A DNA stretch of 38,369 nt from a virus (Duplodnaviria > Caudoviricetes). Location of the stretch: the IMG/VR virus record IMGVR_UViG_3300020161_000089, positions 1-38,369 of that record; one strand, 5' to 3'. The position numbers and the translations under genes were made by a program. The notes below the pieces were generated by a model. That model was not told where the DNA came from. It searched no databases and saw only the letters and a program-made list of their open reading frames with translations. Shown here piece after piece: positions 33,270 through 38,369 of this stretch (position 1 is the first letter of the stretch; every line of letters begins with the position of its first letter).

Positions 33270-34712
33270 ATGCGTTACAACCATTTAGATATGTTGCCAG
33301 AAAAAGCATTTAAACCAATAGGCAAATCAATGACATTAGAAGGTGGTGGCGGTGGCGGTAGTCAGCAACAAACATCTGCAACCTCAATTGATCCTACGCT
33401 TAAACCTTTTGTACAGTATGGACTGACTGAAGCAAAAAATTTATATCAGAGTGCTGGCCCTGGTTACTATCCTGGTCAAACTTATGTAAGTCCATCAGGT
33501 GCTACTCAACAAGCTCTAACAGCTACGGCTAATCGTGCTATTAGTGGCAGTCCGCTATTACCTGCCGCACAATCAAACTTAAAGAACTTGCAGACAGCGA
33601 CTAATCAAGCTAATCCAATGTATCAAAGTTTATATGGACAATCTCAAACAAGTCCTGCACTAGCTAATACTGTTTACTCTAATCTTGCATCAGGACAAAT
33701 GACAAATGCAGCCAATCCGTATAATCAAGATACTGCTAGTGGTGCTTATCTAGGTGCTAATCCTTACTTTAATCAAGCGATGCAAGGTGCTGGGCAAGCT
33801 GCTGCTTCAAATTATTGGGATGCTGTAAATGCTGCACAATCAGGCGCATCACAAGCAGGTCGCTATGGTTCTAATGCTCAAGCTAACTTATTTAATAAAG
33901 CTGGCACGACTCTTGCTAACTCACTTGCAAATAAAGCAGGTGAACTAGGTTATAATCAATACGCTAATGAGCGAGCATTACAAGAAGCTGCTATGGGACG
34001 TATGGGTCAACTATCTCAATCTGATATTGCAAACCAATTAGCAGGCGCATCAGCATTAACTGGTGTAGGTCAACAAGATTATGCAAATAGAATGGGTGCT
34101 GCTAGCGGACTTGCATCTACTTCTGCTGGCGATTTAAGCAGACAACTTGCTGCTGCTGGTCAAGCCCCTACTCTTGCTCAAGCTGACTACGCTGATATTG
34201 CTCAATTAGCTAATGTTGGTCAAACTCAAGAAGGCTATCAACAACAAGCATTGCAATCTGATATTGACCGTTATAACTACAATGCTAACTTACCATACCA
34301 AAAACTATCACAATTTGCTAGTTTGGTTGCAGGACAGCCTCAAGGCTCTACTACGACATCAACATCAAGTAGCGGTGGCGGTAAGATTGTATGTACAGCG
34401 ATGAATCATGCTTATGGCTTTGGTTCATTCCGTCAAACAATATGGTTGCAACATTCAGCTACTATGCCTAATGCTAAAACGATTGAGAAGGGCTACCACA
34501 CGTTATTCTTACCTATCGTAGCTTATGCCTTTAACGGAACACCAAATGCGCTTAGAAAGACTGTAAGACGTGTTTTAGAGCATATTGCTCGTCATCGTAC
34601 TGCTGACTTATGGAAAGAGATGCGAGGCAAGAAACGTGATACGCTAGGTCGTATCTATCGTGCTGTAATTGAACCTATCTGCCACTTAGTTGGCAAAGTG
34701 AAAGGGGCTTAA
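33270..34712 (+). CDS. ejection (DNA pilot) protein, P22 gp7-like, with leader peptide and extra C-terminal domain
   Basis: Q/A/G/N-rich helical body, AGRYGS; leader ending TLE-G6; C-terminal GGGKIVCT domain. Confidence 0.7.
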   Translation: MRYNHLDMLPEKAFKPIGKSMTLEGGGGGGSQQQTSATSIDPTLKPFVQYGLTEAKNLYQSAGPGYYPGQTYVSPSGATQQALTATANRAISGSPLLPAAQSNLKNLQTATNQANPMYQSLYGQSQTSPALANTVYSNLASGQMTNAANPYNQDTASGAYLGANPYFNQAMQGAGQAAASNYWDAVNAAQSGASQAGRYGSNAQANLFNKAGTTLANSLANKAGELGYNQYANERALQEAAMGRMGQLSQSDIANQLAGASALTGVGQQDYANRMGAASGLASTSAGDLSRQLAAAGQAPTLAQADYADIAQLANVGQTQEGYQQQALQSDIDRYNYNANLPYQKLSQFASLVAGQPQGSTTTSTSSSGGGKIVCTAMNHAYGFGSFRQTIWLQHSATMPNAKTIEKGYHTLFLPIVAYAFNGTPNALRKTVRRVLEHIARHRTADLWKEMRGKKRDTLGRIYRAVIEPICHLVGKVKGA

Positions 34713-34713
34713 T

Positions 34714-35283
34714 ATGGGTATGCCAATTCTTATAGGTGCTGGCTTAGGTGCTGGTACTAATTTATTGCGAGGTAAAGGTGTAGGCGGTATTTTAAAAGGT
34801 GCTGCTTTAGGCGGTGCTTTAGGCGGTGTAGGTGGTGGACTTAATGGTTTATATAATGGCACTTCGTTTTTAGAAGGCGCAGGGTTAAATGGATTAAGTG
34901 GTGCTGCCGCAAATGCTGGTACAGTTGGCGAGATACTGCCAGGCACAATAGAAAGTTCGGGTTTAGTATTTAATCCTTCTACTGGTTCTTACTTAGCACC
35001 TGAATCATATTTAGGCGCAGGAACATCAATGCCAGTCTTTACAGGTGGTGAAGGCTTGCTATCTAATGGTATAAGTAACTTAACTGACATGATGCCACAA
35101 AGTCTATCTGAAGTTGCAACACCAAAAAACTTACTCGGTGTAGCTCAAGTAATGAGTGCCATGCCTGAAAATAAAGCACCACTACAAAACATTGGTGGCG
35201 GTCAAATATCACATGGTCAAATGCCTCAATACGTGCCATTTAATACTGGTACTACGCAGACTTGGAAGAAAAGGAATCAATAA
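34714..35283 (+). CDS. Gly-rich putative ejection protein
   Basis: Glycine-zipper N-terminus IGAGLGAG..GAALGGALGG. Confidence 0.6.
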   Translation: MGMPILIGAGLGAGTNLLRGKGVGGILKGAALGGALGGVGGGLNGLYNGTSFLEGAGLNGLSGAAANAGTVGEILPGTIESSGLVFNPSTGSYLAPESYLGAGTSMPVFTGGEGLLSNGISNLTDMMPQSLSEVATPKNLLGVAQVMSAMPENKAPLQNIGGGQISHGQMPQYVPFNTGTTQTWKKRNQ

Positions 35284-36434
35284 TGGCTGATTTTAATATA
35301 TTTGGCACAGCACCAGAATCATTAGCAGGGTTACTAGGCGAGCAAGCTACTAAAGACTTGCAACGTAAAGCAATGACTACTGGATTGATTAACACAGCAT
35401 TAGGTTATCTAGTACAGCCTAAGAATCAAAACTTAGGGCTAGGTCGCATCATTGGTCAATCATTAATGTCAGGTATGACAGGCGCTCAAGGTGTATATAC
35501 AGGTGCGTTAGAAGATTGGCAGACTAAACAAAAGATTGCAGAGTTGCAACGTAAAAATGCTTTACAAGAAAAAGTACAAGGCATGATTGGCGGTATTACT
35601 GATCCTAACGAACAACTATACGCACAACTTTCACCAGAGCAATATGTAGCAGGTAAAGTTAAGCCTCAAAAAGCATTTAATATACTTACACCAGAACAAT
35701 CTGCGTCTTATGGATTGCCTACTGATAAAGGGCAAAAATATCAAATGACTGATTCTGGAGTGTCTTTAATTGGTGGTACTGAAGCAAAAGATATAGAAAG
35801 TTGGTCTGACCCATATCAATTAGGTGGTCAAACTGTACAAAAAAATAATGTTACTGGTCAAATTCGTCAAGCAGTTACATTGCCATCTACGACAAATGTT
35901 ACTTATGGCGCACCTGTTTCTGGTGTTGATGCACAAGGCAATCCAGTATTTTTTCAACCATCAAAAGGTGGTGGCGCACCTGCTATTATTCCTGGTGTTA
36001 CTCCACCGCAAGCTAAGCCTGCTGAAGCAATTACAAAACAAGTAACAGGGATTGATAATTTACAATCAGCTATTAATAATTATCGTGAAAAATTAAAAAC
36101 TTGGAAACCGCAAGATGCAGTAGATCCAAATAAACGAGCAACAATGACAACAACATATAATAATATGATGTTGCAAGCTAAAGAGGCTTATGGTTTAGGC
36201 GTATTAAATGGCCCAGATTATTCAATTTTAACTGATACTATTGCAGACCCAGTAAGTGCTAAAGGACTTGTATATGGGGCAACTGGTGGATTAGACCAAC
36301 AAGCTAAAACATTAGATGATTTAATGACGAACATGAAAAAAACAATTCAAAAATCTCAAAAAATTATGCCTAAAAATGAACAAATGCCTATTGCTCGTAG
36401 AAAATTTAACCCAGTAACAGGAAGGATTGAATAA
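35283..36434 (+). CDS. putative ejection / internal virion protein
   Basis: TAATG coupling supports ATG 35283; LGVLNGPD motif; position. Confidence 0.6.
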   Translation: MADFNIFGTAPESLAGLLGEQATKDLQRKAMTTGLINTALGYLVQPKNQNLGLGRIIGQSLMSGMTGAQGVYTGALEDWQTKQKIAELQRKNALQEKVQGMIGGITDPNEQLYAQLSPEQYVAGKVKPQKAFNILTPEQSASYGLPTDKGQKYQMTDSGVSLIGGTEAKDIESWSDPYQLGGQTVQKNNVTGQIRQAVTLPSTTNVTYGAPVSGVDAQGNPVFFQPSKGGGAPAIIPGVTPPQAKPAEAITKQVTGIDNLQSAINNYREKLKTWKPQDAVDPNKRATMTTTYNNMMLQAKEAYGLGVLNGPDYSILTDTIADPVSAKGLVYGATGGLDQQAKTLDDLMTNMKKTIQKSQKIMPKNEQMPIARRKFNPVTGRIE

Positions 36435-38035
36435 TGGCACAAATTATTGAAGTTCCTGGCTACGGTGAAGTAGAATTTCCTGATGAAATGACAGATAATC
36501 AAATATCATCTGCTATTCAGCAAAATATGATGCCACCAAAAATTTCACAAATTGAACCTACAAACATTCAACCTAAACGAAATTCTATTGATGAATTAAA
36601 ACGTCAATTAGGATTAACTGGTCGCTATGGTTTAGAAGGGTTAGGTTCTATTGCAGACTTGGCTTCTACTCCTGTTCGTGGTGCAATTAATTTAGCCATG
36701 CCAAAAGATAGACAATTGCAACCAGTTTCATTAGGTGGTTCTATTGCTAATGTACTAGGCTTGCCACAACCTGAAACTGGTACTGAACGTGTTGTAGGTG
36801 ACATCAGTAGAGCAATGGCAGGAACTGGTGGTGTAATGAAGTTAGCAGGTGGATTATCTCCAACTTCTAATATAGGCCAAAACATTGCAACAGCGTTATC
36901 ATCAAACGCACCTACTCAAGTTGCTAGTGCCATTGGTGCTGGTGGCGCAGGTGGATTAACTAGAGAAGCAGGTGGTGGTGAATTAGCTCAACTTGTTGCT
37001 AGTCTTGGCGGTGGATTTGCTGGCGGCTCATTAATTCCACCTAAACCTATTGGATTATCAACTGCACAATTACAAAATGTTAATAAAGATAAATTGTTAA
37101 ATACTGCACAAAAGGCAGGATATATTGCATTGCCTAGTGATGTTGGTGCTGGTAAAGGTGCAAAAACATTAGAAACATTATCAGGTAAATTTAAATCTGA
37201 AGAATTAGCAAGTTCTAAAAATCAAGATACAGCTAATAGTTTAACTCGTAAATATCTAGGCTTACCTGAATCTACACCATTAAATGAAGATACATTTTCA
37301 TCATTAAGAAATGCTCATAGCGAACCATATCAATTAGCATCACAATTACCTGCTGGACAGATTGGTACAACCTCTACAAAATCATTAGCTACCGGTAAAA
37401 CATCAACTACACCAATATATAAAAATGGCGCACAAGTTGTTGAAGAACTTAAAATGGCTAGAGATGACTCTCGTGCTGCATGGAAGTCATATAATTCTGG
37501 TACTGCACAAAATCCAACTGAATTAAGACGACAAGCACAAGCATCAGATAAACTTGTAGTTCAACTAGAAAAACAATTAGATAATTTAGCTCAATCTAAT
37601 AACCAACCTAATTTATTAAAATCATTAAATGAAGCTAGACGTAATATAGCAAAAGTTCATACAGTAGAAAAAGCAACTATTGGTGAAAACTTAATTGATT
37701 ATCGTAAGATTGGTAAAGCGATTGATAAAGGCGCACCAATAACAGGGAAACTAGCATTAGCAGGTAAATTTGCTAAAGAGTTCCCACGAGTAAATAAACC
37801 AATACCTTATGAGCCTACTGCATTTACATTGCCTGACGTATTTAGTTCGGTAGTAGGTGCTGGTGTTGATGTATTGACTGGAATTCCATTTGCTAGTGGG
37901 TTGCCTGCTGCTCGTGTTGGAAGTCGTTATTTGATGGAATCTAAACCATTTCAACAAAGATATGTTAAACCAAAATATAATCCATTAACTACACCATACG
38001 TTCCATACGCTGGGCTACTACAACAAGACCAATAA
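36434..38035 (+). CDS. putative large ejection / internal virion protein
   Basis: IEVPGYGEVEFPDEM.D.QI N-terminus, glycine-zipper segments. Confidence 0.6.
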   Translation: MAQIIEVPGYGEVEFPDEMTDNQISSAIQQNMMPPKISQIEPTNIQPKRNSIDELKRQLGLTGRYGLEGLGSIADLASTPVRGAINLAMPKDRQLQPVSLGGSIANVLGLPQPETGTERVVGDISRAMAGTGGVMKLAGGLSPTSNIGQNIATALSSNAPTQVASAIGAGGAGGLTREAGGGELAQLVASLGGGFAGGSLIPPKPIGLSTAQLQNVNKDKLLNTAQKAGYIALPSDVGAGKGAKTLETLSGKFKSEELASSKNQDTANSLTRKYLGLPESTPLNEDTFSSLRNAHSEPYQLASQLPAGQIGTTSTKSLATGKTSTTPIYKNGAQVVEELKMARDDSRAAWKSYNSGTAQNPTELRRQAQASDKLVVQLEKQLDNLAQSNNQPNLLKSLNEARRNIAKVHTVEKATIGENLIDYRKIGKAIDKGAPITGKLALAGKFAKEFPRVNKPIPYEPTAFTLPDVFSSVVGAGVDVLTGIPFASGLPAARVGSRYLMESKPFQQRYVKPKYNPLTTPYVPYAGLLQQDQ

Positions 38036-38043
38036 GGACTACC

Positions 38044-38259
38044 ATGCTTAACAGACGACACGATGACAATAAGGAAGCCGATATGACACCTGAAGAACAA
38101 AAAGAGCTTCACAAAGAAGCCATCAAAGAAGCGATTAACGAGTGGTTAGATAAGCAATATATCCTATTTGGCAAGTGGACATTACGAGGCATGGCTTCAG
38201 CAGGATTAGCGATGTTTCTATATGGTTACGCTGCCGCACATGGCTGGATCGTAAAATGA
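38044..38259 (+). CDS. single-TM protein, possible holin/antiholin
   Basis: KEAIKEAINEWLDK..FGKW then hydrophobic helix; upstream of the lysis genes across the junction. Confidence 0.55.
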   Translation: MLNRRHDDNKEADMTPEEQKELHKEAIKEAINEWLDKQYILFGKWTLRGMASAGLAMFLYGYAAAHGWIVK

Positions 38260-38270
38260 AAACCTCTTTC

Positions 38271-38369
38271 ATTAATCGCATTACACTCTGTCAGCATTGT
38301 CGTAAGGCTTTTATTATAAACGAAGAAGGCAACGAATCTGAATGTGACGGCTGTATTGCGGAAACAGAG
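38271..38369. repeat. 99-bp terminal direct repeat, right copy
   Basis: Identical to 1-99. Confidence 0.97.

Noticed and set aside
20902-36885. Numerous antisense and alternate-frame ORFs in the track (e.g. 20902..21198, 24904..25257, 29120..29530, 36625..36885)
   Set aside because: Shadow ORFs of biased, Ala/Gly/Thr-rich coding sequence, with no RBS or motifs
16197-38035. Genome-wide TAG reassignment (alternative genetic code)
   Set aside because: Only one internal TAG found; portal, TerL, MCP, fibre and ejection genes are intact in code 11, and TAG ends several genes (1255, 7917, 22464, 24571)

Overview
Apparently a complete ~38.27-kb tailed-phage genome, AT-rich, with podovirus-like morphogenesis and a lambdoid/P22-like layout. 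Bases 1-99 are repeated exactly at 38271-38369, which indicates a circular assembly overlap. Layout: lysis genes (3TM holin-like protein, GH24 endolysin). Then a leftward early operon (metallophosphoesterase, GIY-YIG/HTH fusion, SSB, YqaJ exonuclease, ERF annealase, many micro-ORFs), divergent sigma70 promoters and a Cro-like gene. Then a rightward early operon (two paralogous beta-class amino-MTases, VRR-NUC, DUF1376 replication initiator with internal ori-like repeats, NinB, a C5-MTase with a co-extensive +1-frame partner ORF, DUF1364, DUF3310). Then a late operon (HNH-AP2, glycosyltransferase, TerS/TerL, portal, a 4.9-kb fibre/decoration block, scaffold interrupted by one TAG, major capsid, HNH, TPR-glycosyltransferase plus SAM methyltransferase, adaptor, tail fibre, nozzle, ejection proteins). 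No integrase, CI repressor, intact tRNA, rRNA or CRISPR array is recognisable. Most notable observations: (1) a two-subunit cytosine MTase written in two overlapping frames from one RBS; (2) a putative virion glycosylation kit built on an FlmG-like TPR-GT; (3) MTase paralogues with constant ends and a swapped core; (4) several unannotated structured RNA elements; (5) a cluster of unrelated operator-like palindromes. All family assignments come from motif recognition by eye, not database searches.
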